Counted from the stretch's first letter, positions 40,958 through 55,655 are shown. The stretch is DNA of 64,000 nucleotides from Kudoa neothunni (GCA_964304625.1 OZ199839.1:10527186-10591185), one strand, 5' to 3'. The notes: a model not told the origin generated them from the letters alone. Made by a program: numbers and translations.

Positions 40958-42449
40958 TTTGGCCGTGTCATTGATACGGAAGTTTTTAAACTAAGATTGC
41001 AAACCCACTTAGGCGGTGTCCATTTTTAATCCCTTTAACTCCTACTTATGGTTGGTTTATAAAATGTACTTTTAGAATATGCTGCTGAATTTAATTATAT
41101 TTGACCGATTTCTGTCGCTTCTAGGGACTAAAAATAATCCAATACACTCAAAACTACACATACCTGGATCAATGTTGCTAACCCAAATCGGGAACTCGGA
41201 AAAATCAGAATTAATTTCAAAAACCAATGATTCAATTATTATATCCTAATATATAAAGCCGTAGTGCCAATGAGTCTATGGTGTGTAACCCGGGGAGTAC
41301 GCATGTGTGGGAAAATCTATTTTCATGCGGAAGCGTGTGTTGAAACTTTTGACTATATAAACATGACCTACACGAAATTTTCTGACAATTTAACCAACTT
41401 AATATACATCTGCATTGTTATTAACGGGTATACAGCCCATTTTATGTTTTTATGCGGGTGGCGAATAGGATTGCATTGTTTGACGCCAATGAGATTATTA
41501 ACTTCTCCAGGATAAACATTTAAATCAAGTTATCAGATAGAATTTTCAATAATCGTGAATATATCAAATGTATCTAATCTCATATGACATATTTTACTTA
41601 ATTTGTTTGTATACAGCTTTTAGTATAAATTCGAAATATAGTACCGTTACAAAAAATCGTTTGTTCACATAAGATTATTGCTCCAGTAATCAATATTTTC
41701 GTTAGGAGTATGGAATTTGCTGATGATTTACATAAAAAGTAGATTGAAAATTATCTGTTTATAATTGATTTTAATTTGTATCAGGATAAAGATCAACTAA
41801 AATGAACTCCTACTCTATGTATGTACAAAGCAAATATGTTAATCAAGATATAGAATGTTCCAAAATTGATAAATATGTCGTTAGGAGCAATTTGCGGCAC
41901 ATGAAATCACAGCGTGATGGTTACAAGAGAGCTTGAAGTTGCAAAGCCGTAGGATTTGTGGCGTTTAATGTTTGTCAATATATTTATCCGCTTTTCTTAA
42001 ACAATGAATATATTTTTAGGTGGGAGAATTATCGTTATTTTAGTTAAACCATAATTTGAAATTTCACATAGTTGCCATAAGGTAATGATTCGATGGACCT
42101 ATACGCATTATAAAAAATTTACGATGTGCGTATAGTTTTTAAATAGTTTAACTTTTATGGCATACATTTAAAAAAACAATCATATTCTGCAGAACTTTCA
42201 AAAATATTCCAATTTTTTATTATCACTTTAATTGCATAAAGTCAAAATTATATTTATTTTATAAACATGTGTTACCAATTTTCAAGATTACTAGTGATTT
42301 CATACATTAAAACTGTTCAAGCAAGCATAATGATTTTCGAAACTTGATTAAATAATTTTTTAAGTAAAATTTAAGAGTTCAAACATCTAGTTATTTTCTA
42401 ATTTCAGATTTGAAAGTTATCAAAGAAACAAATATTAGGTATTTTTTAG

Positions 42450-43800
42450 GACAGTGGCTATTCTCATAGAAACGAATAACTACCCCGTTATTGGTGATAT
42501 TTCAAATCTGATTTCTTAGTTGAATTTAACAATTTTTAATCTAATTTTCTATGTAAAAATTGTTTGAAATTTAAAGAATAAAAATTCAACACTTTGTCTG
42601 TCCTATTTACACAGTTCACTAGTAGTACACTCACATTTTTGAGCCAAATATTGTGTAACATAAACATTGTATTTGGAATTAAAAGCAGAGTCATTTACTA
42701 ATAAGTTGAAACTGTTCTATTCGTGCATTCTTGTGTCATCAACCATGTATGAATATGAGCGTGAATCCTGTTTGATTGTGGGGAGTTCTATTTCGTGAGA
42801 CTATTTCTGAGTTTTAAAGATCTTTGAAATAACTGAAATCTATAAAGCAAGTTTATATATTACATTCAGTTGGAGAAGAGAAATTTAAGCCTTCGTAAGA
42901 TATAAAATACCAATTGCATGGAATAAGTCTGAAAAGTTGTGTCATTATTGCTTCCTATGAAGCGCTGTTAAGTCGATTTGCTCCAACCTATACCATGTAT
43001 TAAAAAATATTATATTACCGTTAAAATTTCGAACGTGGTTATTTTGGAGAAATTTTTTTTGGCGCTCAACTAAACAACCATGGCTAGTGGATAAGTTGAT
43101 CAATTCTCCATTGGAGTGAAAATTTATTTTCCTGAACTATTAAAATTACACATTCCTAAGAATCAGGAAGCAAACTTTTTAAGTCTTAAAATAAAATTTT
43201 TCAGAACAATTCAAAATTCTCAAGGACGAATTAACCGTTATTTGAACTCCAACATTGTTTATTATAATACTTACAACATTTCTTCGTTGGCTCGTTTTAC
43301 AAAAGCCAAACGAACGTACCCTAAAAATCACCATTAAAAAATGTTCATTTATAAATTTACTCATTGAGACGTTACTAGAGGAATTAATGCAGAAAATTTA
43401 GAATCACCCTGTTTGTTAAAAATTGATAATTGAGTTTAAACTAACAAGTATATGTTTACTCTTAAATTTAAACTCATAGGTTCTGTATTCACGAATTGGA
43501 AGCATTAAAACCTTTCTTATATTTTTGATTAAAGTAAATACATTTGTAGGGACAAAACAACGAACATTCCCCGAAATTATGGTACAATCTTATAGAGGAT
43601 ACAAATGAAAAGTGGATTACATCGATGTAAAATAGTTTGAATATAATTAATATCTATTAATTAACGACAATTTTGTTGAATTTATAGTGAAAAACATTCA
43701 GATAGAAACGTACACGTTTTGTAAATGATTCGAGATGACTTATTCTAAGTTAAACTGCATGCGTTGAAAACGTAATAAACTAAAGGTTTCTAACCACCAT
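42450..43800 (+). mobile_element. Possible decayed Penelope-like retroelement fragment
   Basis: Weak fragments only: a TFVGT(K)-type stretch near 43540 recalling the GIY-YIG motif YIGQT.R, and ORF 43116-43337 resembling an RT-to-endonuclease linker. Confidence 0.25.
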
Positions 43801-45700
43801 TAGATATGTTTACATTACATTTAAATTATAATGTTTTTATTACATAATATTAGACTCAAAAATAAGAGTGTACTTATTAAACAGTGTAAATAGTGCCGAT
43901 AAAATGCCGAATTTTTGTTCTTTAAATTTTCAAATAATTTTTATATCAAAAATTTGATTAAAAATAGCTAAATTCAAATATTAAGTCAGATTTGAAATAT
44001 CGTCTATAACGGAGGAGTTATTCGTTTCGATGAGAATAGTCACTGTCATTTTTTAGCCTAAAACAGATTCATTATAAAATGAAAACTGTATACAAATATG
44101 ATGCATTCATGCTAGCGATAGTTTTAGAATCTGGATCAACTATTACCATTAAAAGACACTCGTTTTTCGTTAAGAGTTAGTCTATCACTAAATAAAAAAT
44201 TAATGGTTCATTTTATCATTCCGACATTTTTACAAAGTTTTCATTAATTTGAAAACAGTTAAATAAAAAAATTATTCCAAAACGATTGAATAATATGTTT
44301 ATCTTTAAATTAGAGCCTTCCATCAAGAAAATCGATTGATTTTTAATCATTACTGTAAATTTTCAAGCTAAAAGCACGTGCATGTCATCAATTAAATCAC
44401 AATTTATTATCTACGATTGATTGGTTTTTTAACTAAATGGTTTTTGTCTGAAGAAGAACGTATAGATTTATTTCAAACTTTAAAAATCTTATTAAAATAA
44501 CGAAACCCTAATTTCCCGCTCACAGACGTCCGGTTAAAATCAAATAAGGATCCTTCTTAAAATTATCTGAAAAAATTAATATTGGCGTTATTCTTATAAA
44601 TGTCAGAATTTGCAATTTTATAAATTTTATTTCTTATAATTTTTAGACTTATGTCTTCAAGTTTATAACTTCAGGATTTGATTTGTTTCAAAAAATAATT
44701 AAAAAGCACAGCAAGTTATTTATAATGGATTAGATTATTGAAAAATTTAGACTAATGAAGCCATATATTGTCAACATGCAAATGTCCGTAAATTTAGTTG
44801 AAATCGTTCGCAAAGTTTAATTTTTACTGATTAAATTCAGTGCAGGCGGTTTATTGTTATTCCCTTTTATTATTTAAAATAATTAGGTTGCTTAAAATAA
44901 TTAAGTTGATATTTCCTCAATATGTACGTGTTTTTGATAAATAATGCACTAAAGTTTTCGCCAGACCAAGAGATTAATTTGAATAATAAAAATCAATTTT
45001 CGTAAATTTTCTTCTATCTCTACAATTTTGTTTAGCTCTCAAAAAGTATGGCGAGAACTTTTCAAGCCCTGTCAGAATCGGCTTTGAAAAATCTCGGGGC
45101 CAAAAAAACAACGTTTTAGATAACACATAAAGGTAATTTAAAAAATTCGGGAATGCAGAAAAATATAACGCGGACCTTAATTTATTTAGCGTTGGTATAG
45201 GGCCACGATATCGTTAAATGAAATGACAGGATTTAAATTTCAAAATCCAAGTCATTAATTATGATATTTTAAATTTTTTTAGTTTTGCTGTTTCTATGAG
45301 TTAATTTGATGCATTATTTTATTTTTTGAATGTAATTAAGAAACGTCTCTATGCGAAATCGTTCACAAACAATGATGGGCAGTTCTCGATAGTTTTAACA
45401 AATAATTGAGTCCTATAAATTAGTTAGTCAATCCCATGGATGGTTCTTTTTAAGGTCTTGTACGCCTCAAGGTTAATTCATATATTTATCCAAAAAAATT
45501 TTTTGCGCAATGAACGTTCATAAGAAAATACAGATTGAGAAAAAGAAAAAATTAAGTAAATAACACATCATATATGTGATGTAGATAAGAACGTTGTATC
45601 GTAAATAATTGAAGGAATATGTTGATGAGCAATATAAGACTTGTTGGATAAAGTTTGTAGTAACAATTATTTTTTATTAATATCGATATTATTAGGAGTT

Positions 45701-48700
45701 TTAATTGATAGAATTAAATTCTTGCCATTTCTTGAATATAAGGCATCGTATATAATCAGGGTTGCATTTAGCATTGAGCATTTTCATCAATAGATTGTTA
45801 TCACTGTAGTCGAATCCGTACACTCCCAATGATGGAATTAGTCGAATGTAACTGTTAATCTTTTTTTTTAGTATTTCGCTGTTTATGGGAGTTTGACAGC
45901 AGTTATATTTGTAGAGACTTTTTGACATTCTGGGCAGCCTAAATATTAAGTATAGTTAACTGTAACTTTAAATATATAAGAAAAACTTTTAAAGAAGTCA
46001 ATTTTCTTAATATCTCTCCCATGTTTTTTTGAGAATTCTCCACGTCTCTCTCAATATGCGAAGTTGCTTACTATTTTCTTCATTTCGGTAATCTTAACCG
46101 AACAAATTTTCAAAAGTAATAAATTTTTTGATATTGAAAGTCATCTCAGCAAATATTTACTCTGTTCTCGAATTAGATCATAGAACATTAATGCAACCAC
46201 AATATGACTGTGTATTTATATTATTATTATTGGAATTGTTATCGTGTATAGTGACATTGAGTTTTTAATATACGCCACAAAAGCTTTGAATACCACCTAA
46301 ACATTCGTGAAATTATATTATAACTATTTAACAAATTATTATTACAATTTTCGGCTGATTTTCAAATTGATTATTGTTTGAGAGTTTGATATCACCAAAT
46401 GAAATATGCCCCCCATCCAGTACGACCCTTTTATTTTGGATTTGAGATGATTAAACTCCACACAATGTTCAGGGACATCTTCAATGGCGAAATTTGCTGT
46501 GCGATCACTTGTACCATTCAACAAAACTTTACAGAATTTCAAAGAGAAACTATATAAGCCGTCGGGTTTGAGATTTTTGGGAGTGAATACAATTCTAGGA
46601 AATATATTCCTAATTGGTAATTTTTAACAATTCAATTAATTGACTGAATATAAAAATAAGCTTTACACATACTTTTCATTTTTATTCGCCCTTTATTCGA
46701 TCCCATATGCCAATAAACATACAAAATACTCAACATCTTAGATTTGGAAAAGTAGATGTTGGATAAAAAAATATGAACAATCAATTTTCCCAAACTGGCT
46801 AAGTATTATTTTTTTGTACAACAAATCTGTTAAATATTCAATATGAAGGTATAAATGTATTATTTAAAAAAAATTATGACTTGTATTTCACTGAGTAGCG
46901 TAAAATATCGCACAAAATATCCGTAATTTTTTATGCCAGTCGTAAAATTCTGTATTAATTTAGGGTCATCTAAAAGTAATATGCTATATTCATACTATAA
47001 AAACATTTCTACTTGGTTTAAAAATTGAAATCAATCCATTTTTTTAGAGGGAGAGATATATTTGGTGAATTAGTGATGGGTCCTACCGGTACCAGTGACT
47101 CGTATCTCGCAAATCCGCTTATTGAATGAAGTTCGTTTGGCAAATTTGTGAAACCATTTTGATTTTTTATAGTTTTGTTTTGTTGAACTATCGGTAATGG
47201 TTGATGGAAATTCATTGCACTTCTTGTTCCATTCAATGTTGTGTCTTTGTTTTCTTGAGAAATCGATCGGACCAAATTCTTGTTGATAGTTAATTGTTGT
47301 TGTTATGGGGATGTGGCGCCATTAATAAAAGATCCGTGCTGTGATTTATTGCTCATATTTTTTAAGGATTGAGTGGGTAGTTTTAAATGTTCATATCTTG
47401 ATAGTGACGAAGCAAGGAATTTGTTCACTACTGGACGCCTAGGCATTTCCAATGGTGGAACCTTGAATTCATTACAATATATTCCATTTGATTGTCTTTT
47501 GTGGCTTCGAAAGAATTTTCTTTCAGTTTTGAATTTAATACTAATAGAAAGTGATTGAATTTTTTTATTTTTAGATGATCATCAATGTTATTAAGTGGGT
47601 TTAATTAAGCTGGTTGTTTATCCATACCACATTTATTCACTTATCAATCATAAATAAAAGAATTTCATAGTTACATGTGGGGTTTATTGACATAATTTGA
47701 CAAACTGGATGAAACCCCATCGGATCTTTTTGTTTTGTTAGAATTTAATGGATTGATAGCATGATTTGTTGGTTGATTTGAATTATCTATGTTAAATTTC
47801 CAAATAAGCATTAGTTTCTATAACATTACCGTTAGAGCTGAATTGATCCCAACATTTGGATGACATCAAATCAACAAATTGGTGAAAACGATATTTATTA
47901 GAAGGTAATGCAACCAGCTCGGCTGCAAGCTCATAGATGCTCAGTGGGGGTGGTGATTGATGGTTTGAGTTATTAATGGCGCGTTTCGTTAATTCTTCAC
48001 GAACACGTTCATACTGGCTTAACAACATATCTATGACGGCATTATCATCTATGACGTCTTTTTTTTGTTGGTGGGGTTGATTTGATTTCCAAAAATAACC
48101 TTTGCAGCGTAATGACCCAATTGGAATTGGTAAAAATGGTTTTGAGACTCCAGAGATAGTTTTTTGAAGACTAGCGTAGTTTTTACTACTATCAAGTTGC
48201 TTTTTAGAGTCATTTAAGTTTGAATAGTTGGTTAATTTTGGTTTCTTTAAATATGAGATATAGGGTTGAGGTTTTTGAGGGCTGGACGAGTTGCTCTCCC
48301 AGGCCTGCCTTTTAATTGAGATAAACGTTTGATGAGGTGTGTTGATTGGATTTTGGAAGTTGATGCTTCTACCTGCAAATACTTGGTTTTTGAAGAGGTT
48401 AAAGTTGTTTTTTCGGTCTAAATTTCTGTTCGAGCGTAACTGTTCGTTCACTCGTGGATTGGGGACAATATGATTGAAAAATTGTTTCGAATAAGGAGGA
48501 ATTGTTCTAACATTGTTTGGTGTAATAGTTTGATTTCTAAGGATACTGCCATCGTGAATAATTGGGAGTACTCTATTCTCAGTGTAATATGGTCTACAGA
48601 GAAAATTATACTTATTATCTCCATGAGTAGCGGGATTATTGATCTGCAAACGGTTAGGACACTTATTTGTGATCTTGTTGTTCATAGGTGGTGGTTGATC

Positions 48701-48739
48701 CCTCATATTCGTCGTGACTAATCTTGCCCACCCATTCAA
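45701..48739 (-). pseudogene. Unidentified N/Q/P/S-rich gene, apparently disrupted (nonsense codon and frameshifts); exon structure unresolved
   Basis: A 315-aa ORF (47792-48739) continues as coding-like sequence in shifted frames. The frame from about 47560 to 47018 is open except for one TAA (47303-47305) directly before CAA CAA CAA. Further coding-like blocks lie at 46342-46590 and 45701-45938. Confidence 0.45.
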
Positions 48740-49689
48740 CTAATTAATGTGGCAATGTTTTGGTATCATCTGGACCGCTTGCCATCTTTGGATTATTGTT
48801 TGTTTTCATTATTTTAGGCTGCTTTTTTTCACAACTAAATAATTTTCCGGTTTTACAACCTATCTTAACTCAGAAAATGTATAATATGTATATATAAAAT
48901 TATGTAAACAAATAAAAAATCATCATTGTTATTTATTAATTTTATAAAATTTAAAAAATTTTCGTATAATCCTTTATTTTGCCACTGGATTTTGAGGTGT
49001 CAAGAAAATTATCAAACACTAAATTTAGATTTACTTGAAGACAAAACATAAATAATCCATTGTGTTGCTATATAAAACTGATGATCATTATTATGTTTTC
49101 TTGAAATCTCGGAACTTTTAAATTCCACAAGTATTTTCCTTTCATTTTTATAAAGGATTCTCTAAAATTGTGTCTTTATATCATCCCAACAGTAGATATT
49201 TTTCTTTAACTAATCAGATCATACGCATAGTTTATTCGCGTTAATAAGCGAAGTTCAATTTTTCATCATAAATCGAAAAAGTAGAGATTAATTTCGTTTA
49301 AACCTTCAAACCATCCCTTAGACCTTATTACAAAATCCATTTTATCATTCATAGATGGTATCAGAACATGCACGATAATTACTGAGAATAAATACATAAT
49401 TGATTCATCTTTCATGTTGGAGAAATAATCAAATTTTCTGATTTTTTAACAATCTTTTGATTTTCTTTATAATAAAACTAGCTGGAACTGTCCAGCTTTG
49501 CTTGGGAGAAGAGTTTCTAAAAACCTTATTCTACTGCAAACAATTTTAATTATTTTTGCGTACATAGTTCCTGTCGAACCGCGGAAAGAAGTAAGAACTA
49601 TTGTGTTAGAGAGATGCAGGTTTGTAAAAAAGAAGTGCGTAGACTTACAATAATATTAAAAATCAAATAATACATTTTATATTATGATA

Positions 49690-51240
49690 AATCATAAGGG
49701 AGTCTAGCATTTCAATTCCAAGTCTGTTCCTTCTTTTTCTTAAGTAGTTTCCAGCCATGGAGAATGCTCGTTCACATAACACGCTTGGGGATTGTATGCT
49801 TTCGAGTGTACTTTTAATTTGACGCAGTTCTTTGTTCAGAACACCCTCATATTCCGAGATATTGAAGGCGTTTAAAATAGGGGCTTTATGAATTTTTCGG
49901 CTTCGCCTTGAGCTCAGAAAAGTTTTGAACTCTGATTCGATGTCTTGGTGTTCCCCAGCAACAGGACAAAGAAAAATATTTTCAACTCCTAAATTCTTCT
50001 CATTGTTAAAGAGTTCAATGAAGTCGCAGCACTCTTCTTCATTGCAATATAGAAGTCTTGTATTGCCTCCAAATTTGTATGAATTCTTTGCAACAAGGAA
50101 TAATATAATTGCTGAGAGAGGTAGGATTCAGTATTTTCATACAATTTTCCTAGTACAAACTCGAAAATTGTGTTTGCGTCTTTGTAGTTGACTGTTTCTT
50201 TCGACAATGAATTTATCAAAAAAACAATAGGTGCCAATGACACTTTGATATCCTCCAGAAGAACGGTATCTGAAGCAGATGGATAAGCAATGAGTTGTTT
50301 CTTTTAAAACATTAAAAAATGTTAATGAAATACGCATAAATGACAAAAAAATTTGAATATTCTTTGCAGGGAACTTTAGTCATATTTGGGTATAATTCAA
50401 GGAATCTATCCACCGCATTATGAAGGCTATTCCACCTTTTGTTTCAATATGGGTTATGAGGCCCAATGGTTTTTTATTTTCATTTTTTTTCGAATATTTA
50501 ATTTTTTTGTAGAATTGCCTAGTGCTTATAAAATGTTCATGATCTTTTTCATTTTCGCCACAGCTCCAGAATAATTTCCTTGTTTTAAACGTGAAAAATA
50601 ATTCATAAAAAAAATTACCATCAATAATAGTTTCCAGTATGTCATTGTCTGGTGATGAATCACTAGAATCATCATCGCAATGATTTTCATTGCTGCTACC
50701 AATGGTTCTTTTAATTGTCAAATGGACTCCATGAGCGAGGCATACTTGGGGTATACATGAAAGATTTTTTTGTAGAACTTCCATAACCTCAGCAAATAAT
50801 GACTGATCAGTCTGGATTTAAATTGAATTGAGAAAGCTTGCTCTCGAATATCTGTTTTAAGTTTGAGGCATTAGCTTTACCAATTATAGGCAACACTCCA
50901 ATGGTGTATTTTTTAATGTTGCAAGTCAAAATTACGGGATGTAACTTTTTGGGTATTAGAAATCCATTGGTCAATTATTTCTGTATATCTTTTCCCTTTT
51001 TCATACTCACATTGAATATTCTCTTTTATGTCTTTTCTTCACTTTAAACAATTTCAAAAATAAAATTTAAGGGAAAAATAAGAATTCATTATAATTTCTC
51101 TATGTAATATTATGAGCCGTCAAGAGATGTTTGGTTGTGTCACCTGTAGTTCGTTTACCAGCTTCATCCTTGAAGGCACTTTTCTCACAACACAAACTAC
51201 ATTTTGCCATTCGATCATCACTCGTTCCTGTCAAAGAAAC
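49690..51240 (-). mobile_element. hAT transposase pseudogene
   Basis: Minus strand: BED-finger start AKCSLC (about 51200), QVCLAHGVHLTI (CxxH motif) and the dimerisation motif PSVLCERAFSMAGNYLRKRRNRLG (about 49720-49795). Frameshifted. Confidence 0.85.
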
Positions 51241-51289
51241 CGTTAACGATTTCAAGGGAACCAGAATCATCAGGCGGACCTACTCCGAT

Positions 51290-51900
51290 TGCTAATAAAT
51301 GAGTAATGGGGTTATCCACAAAATGGTACACCTCGAACCTGGGTAATATTCACATAGGAATACCCAGAGATGAAGGTACATATGTTCGGCAAACGGGTGT
51401 AGGGTCCGCCTCACCACATATAACATCGCGTTTACTATTATTATTCTCTCTTTTTTGAGTTATCGTCATTTCTTTTCTTTTTTCCGCGTGCGCTCGAGGA
51501 TACAACACCATTCATTTCGAACCGGTGTATTTAAGTCAAAAGCGCACTGCTCAATAGACACACTGATAAAGCGAAATAGGAGAATACTATTTAGAAAATA
51601 AGTAATGTTCATATAGGATGAGAGGTTCCCATTGGGTAACGTAGACTGCAGAGTAGGATGGAAGGAAAATTTGAAACGATTTGGCTGCCTTCAGCCCCAG
51701 GAATTGTGTGTTACAAAATCGTGGACACCACATAAACAATATTGTCTAAGACAGATTCGTGATGTGATACTCGGATTTTGGCTTAAAATGAGTATTCGGA
51801 GAAAAGGACTACAGTTAATAATGCGCTTCTCCTACCTTTTCATAAGAAAGTAGTTGCAAATGTTTAGATAGAATCAGAATGTTCAGCGATGGTCTAATTT
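51290..51900 (+). mobile_element. Possible Ty3/Gypsy integrase-region remnant
   Basis: CAC ATA GGA ATA ... AGA GAT GAA G near 51352-51375 resembles the HxGIxRMK integrase zinc-binding motif with a frameshift. Nothing else is firm. Confidence 0.25.
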
Positions 51901-52423
51901 AACTGGAAAATTGTTTACACTGAATTTTCTGAAAATTATATTAGCACTTTGAAATAATATAGCATGACATGTTTTAAAAAGATTAACATCAAAATTTCTC
52001 AGACTTCCTCAGCCCTGTCGAGTCCAAATTTATTTTGTGCGGTCTCGAGTTATATTATTTGAGGATGGTTCATTAGAACCATTAATAAATTTTCAGGCTA
52101 AAATTAATGCTTCAATAGTTATAATTAATTAAATTTATTGTTGAACATAATATATTATCTTCAGGCCGTACACAAACAAACAATCAATCATCCTTATTTT
52201 TATTATTATTTCAAGTATAATTGACATAAACTTATTATTCTCTTTTTAAACATAAATAATTGTGGAAAGTATCAAAAACAAACATGCGCAAGATGAGAAT
52301 TTTCAGATGCACTGAACTACTCCAATAACTTGTCTCGAATATTTTCGGGCAAATCACTACACGAAAATTTATTAACACCTCCAAAAATCAACATAATAAA
52401 CATCGTGGTGTTATGTGCGAAAA

Positions 52424-54215
52424 ATGAAGATTAAGGTGACCACCGTTAAAAGGGATCCTGAAAACTACACAAGGGAGACAAAAAATGATATTAATAAAGT
52501 TTTTAGAAACTTTGACAAGTCCCAGCACTTGTTCGAAGCAGAACGCGAGTATTCGAGGGCATTGAATGCGGTGAAAGTGAATAAAATGCTATCCAAGCCG
52601 TTTATATCATCATTGGACGGACATGGAGATGGTGTAAATTGTTTGGAGAGACATCCGACACAAATAAAAGTTGTTGCTTCAACGTCGTACGATCAACAAG
52701 TGAATTATGTGGTCAATGCGACATTATTTACAATTCGCTTTTTCTGAATAGATTAGAATTTGGAATTTGTCCTCAGGTGAGACTACATCCAAGATAAATA
52801 ATGCTCATTCGTAAGTGACCAATTGAATAATTCAGATTGTTGAATTCTAACATGCTGTGTGATGTAGCGGTACAATTCAAGGCATATCATTCAACCCTAA
52901 TGGCGAATCGTTATGTTCTGTATAATTATATGTGGTTAGTTGGACATCCGAATAATCTATGTGAATGACATAGGTGGCGGTGGACAATATCATCAAACTA
53001 TGGAGCTTTAAGGACACTCAGTTAAAATTTCAAACTTCAATTGTATCCCCAACGACACTTCTAGGTAGAATGTGTAACGAGGATTTTGTTGTATTTTCAA
53101 ATTCTACATAGGAGTACATCACAATCGATCAACCACTCAGTTTGGAACTTGTGGTGATGGCATTCATGTGTATGATTTGACTACTCAGACTCCAATCCAA
53201 CATTTCACTTTTGGAGTTGATTCCGCGAAAACTTTTCGTTTCCATCCAATAGAGGTAGTTAGATATGTGTGCTTCTCTCATACTATATTCTATTTTAGAC
53301 TAATATAATGGTGTCTGCAATCACTGATCGTAGTATTATCTTGTACGATATTCGTCAATCTACTCCTACAGCAAAGGTGGTGCTTGCAATGAGAACCAAC
53401 GCTCTATCATGGAATCCTATGGAGGTATCTATGAGTTTGTTTAACACATCACTAACTCGTTTATTATTTAGGCGCCTTATTTCGTGTTGGCTAACGAAGA
53501 CTCCAATTTGTATGCTTTTGACATGAGGAAATTATCGAAACCTTACCGTCGTTATGGCGATCATACTAACGCGGTATTGGATGTTGATTTCTCCCCAACT
53601 GGTCAGGAATTTGTGTCGGGTTCGTATGATCGAAGTTTGCGCATTTTCCCATTTATGGGCTCTTCGTTTGGTGGTGTGAATTGTTCGAGGGATGTCTACT
53701 ACACCAAACGAATGCAGCGTATATTCTGTGTGAGATACAGTGGGGATAGTGAGTATGTGATGTCGGGCAGTGACGAAATGAACATTAGATTATGGAAATC
53801 AACTTCGTCGAAAAAGCTCGGTTATGTAATTATTGCATTGATTCGCCCATTTCTTATTACAACAAAAATCGAATAATTAATAAAAATCTACTAATTAGTT
53901 GAGACCGAGGGAGAAAAAATCAATCAATTACAATCAAAAACTTATTGAAAGATTCCAACATCACCCTGAAATCAACCGGATTAATAAACGAAAACATTTG
54001 CCCAATTATCTCTATCAACCGAGCGAACAACAGAAGACAATGCTCACCTCACTCAAGAGAAAGTATCTAACCACCTGTGTGTGCGCTGTAAAACGACATA
54101 AATTTTTAGGGAAGAGAACATCCGAATATTCAGAAAAGAAATACCAGAACGCAGAAAAACAGTTGTATATAAATATGATGACGACGATAGTGACGAATCA
54201 TCAACCACAAACTAA
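52424..54215 (+). CDS. DCAF13: DDB1- and CUL4-associated factor 13 / Sof1 (WD40 SSU-processome protein), multi-exon
   Basis: MKIKVTTVKRDPENYTRETKNDI, FEAEREYSRALNAVK, KPF..SLDGH.DGV, WNPME, DFSPTGQEFVSGSYD, YYTKRMQR, SGSDEMNIRLWK, HHPEINRI..RHLP. Last exon ends with TAA at 54213-54215. Confidence 0.95.
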
Positions 54216-54313
54216 TATTGTAGCGAGCACACACTTGTGTCATGTTTTATAGTCTAAACGTGTTGATTATATGCGCCTGTTAAACAATTCCACATAACGT
54301 TAAAGTTCTAATA

Positions 54314-54810
54314 TTACTTCTCCTCACATATATCCATTAGAGTTTTGTGAGTGGCTAATTTTCTAAGATTCATGTTTCTATCGACAGAGTCGTTCAAATC
54401 TTTCATTGTACACTCCAGCATTCCAGGATGTTGCATAATTTCCGTGCTTACATACGGTTTCAACTAAGTGTTTACAAATAAACAGACGCGCATTTAAGAA
54501 ATTTGTTACGTCACAATTTCGTAGGTCAGGAACAATAAATTCAGGTTTTCTATTCTCCTCCGCCAAATATGTACCACCTGAATTTCAAAAACGACAATGA
54601 CAGCCAGCATTAATTGGTGTAAGCTAACACAATTGGATACTTGGTAATTTTTGATAGGGATTGTACACTCCGTAATCTAGTTTACGAAATAAGACAATAG
54701 AGTAAGATAAAATTCGACCAACCTATGTTCAACTTAGGGTTAAACTTCATACGCCTAAGTCTGTCTCTAATGATTGTTTTTTGGAGGCGATGTAGCTGAC
54801 ATCTCGTCAT
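54314..54810 (-). CDS. MRPL41: Mitochondrial ribosomal protein mL41, divergent, about 4 exons
   Basis: The spliced junction PEFIVPDLRNCD|LKPYVS matches the mL41 signature PEFVVPDL..xxLKPYVS. Basic N-terminus MTRCQLHRLQKTIIRDRLRR (start ATG tentative). Stop at 54314-54316. Confidence 0.7.
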
Positions 54811-55274
54811 GGTTGTGCGCTTGCGTGAACATTTGCTAAAAGAATTTTAAATTTTAATTAATTTTTTTCCATACATTAAATCCAATGAAATAATTATACT
54901 ATTATTTTATCTAATTATTTAAATTATTCAATTTGATATTTAAAATTTATGTAGCTGTGTGTCAGTAATAGTGTAGTTTGGCTTATGACAAATAACAGGA
55001 CATTCATTTGAGCGGTAAACTTGTATTTATTCTAATTTCATCAAGAAAATTCAGGAAAATTGATATTGCTGCATTAGGTAACCGATTTTGCATAATCCCT
55101 CCCGGATCGTGAAAGAAATAACATACCATTATTGGAATGTTAAAGAAAAAATTGGAGTCTTTTTTTATCGAGATAACACAAATAAATAAAAATTCTATCG
55201 CACACAAAAACACAGTGATACTTGGTTTTTTTTTGGAGAAATCAATGATTTTGGATTGTGTCATATTTGGACCA

Positions 55275-55280
<6 letters not shown>

Positions 55281-55318
<38 letters not shown>
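55281..55318. repeat. (AT)19 microsatellite
   Basis: Read directly from the sequence. Confidence 0.95.
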
Positions 55319-55320
<2 letters not shown>

Positions 55321-55655
55321 ACTTCCAATTCTAACAACAATCGAAAACGATAGAAATTTGCTAAACTAGTGAGAAAATTTTATTCTTTTTTCGGAGCGTG
55401 TCATTTAGATTTTTTATGTTTGATATGTTGAAATTTAAAATAGTAGTTATCTCAATGTTTTTTAACCCTCTAATGCAAAGGTCACCAAAGTTTTTAATTC
55501 ACGGAACAAATTTCTGATTTGCATAAGTTTCGAAAAGCTGAGATCAAAATGAAATGAAACAAATAATGAATTTGAACGTGAAACTGATTCTTTTAGCGGG
55601 ATTTAGTATATTTCAACGTTGAGACCAGACAATGCCCGTTCGTGTGCGGGGATGA

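Noticed and set aside
47303-47305. In-frame TAA next to a Gln run as evidence for a TAA=Gln genetic code
   Set aside because: ASAH1, DCAF13 and the MoaD-like tail end in TAA at the expected positions, and the conserved genes have no internal TAA or TAG. A nonsense mutation or sequencing error is simpler.
55004-55334. ORFs 55004-55321 (-) and 55137-55334 (+)
   Set aside because: They are artefacts of the (AT)19 microsatellite (IYIYIY) and AT-rich sequence.
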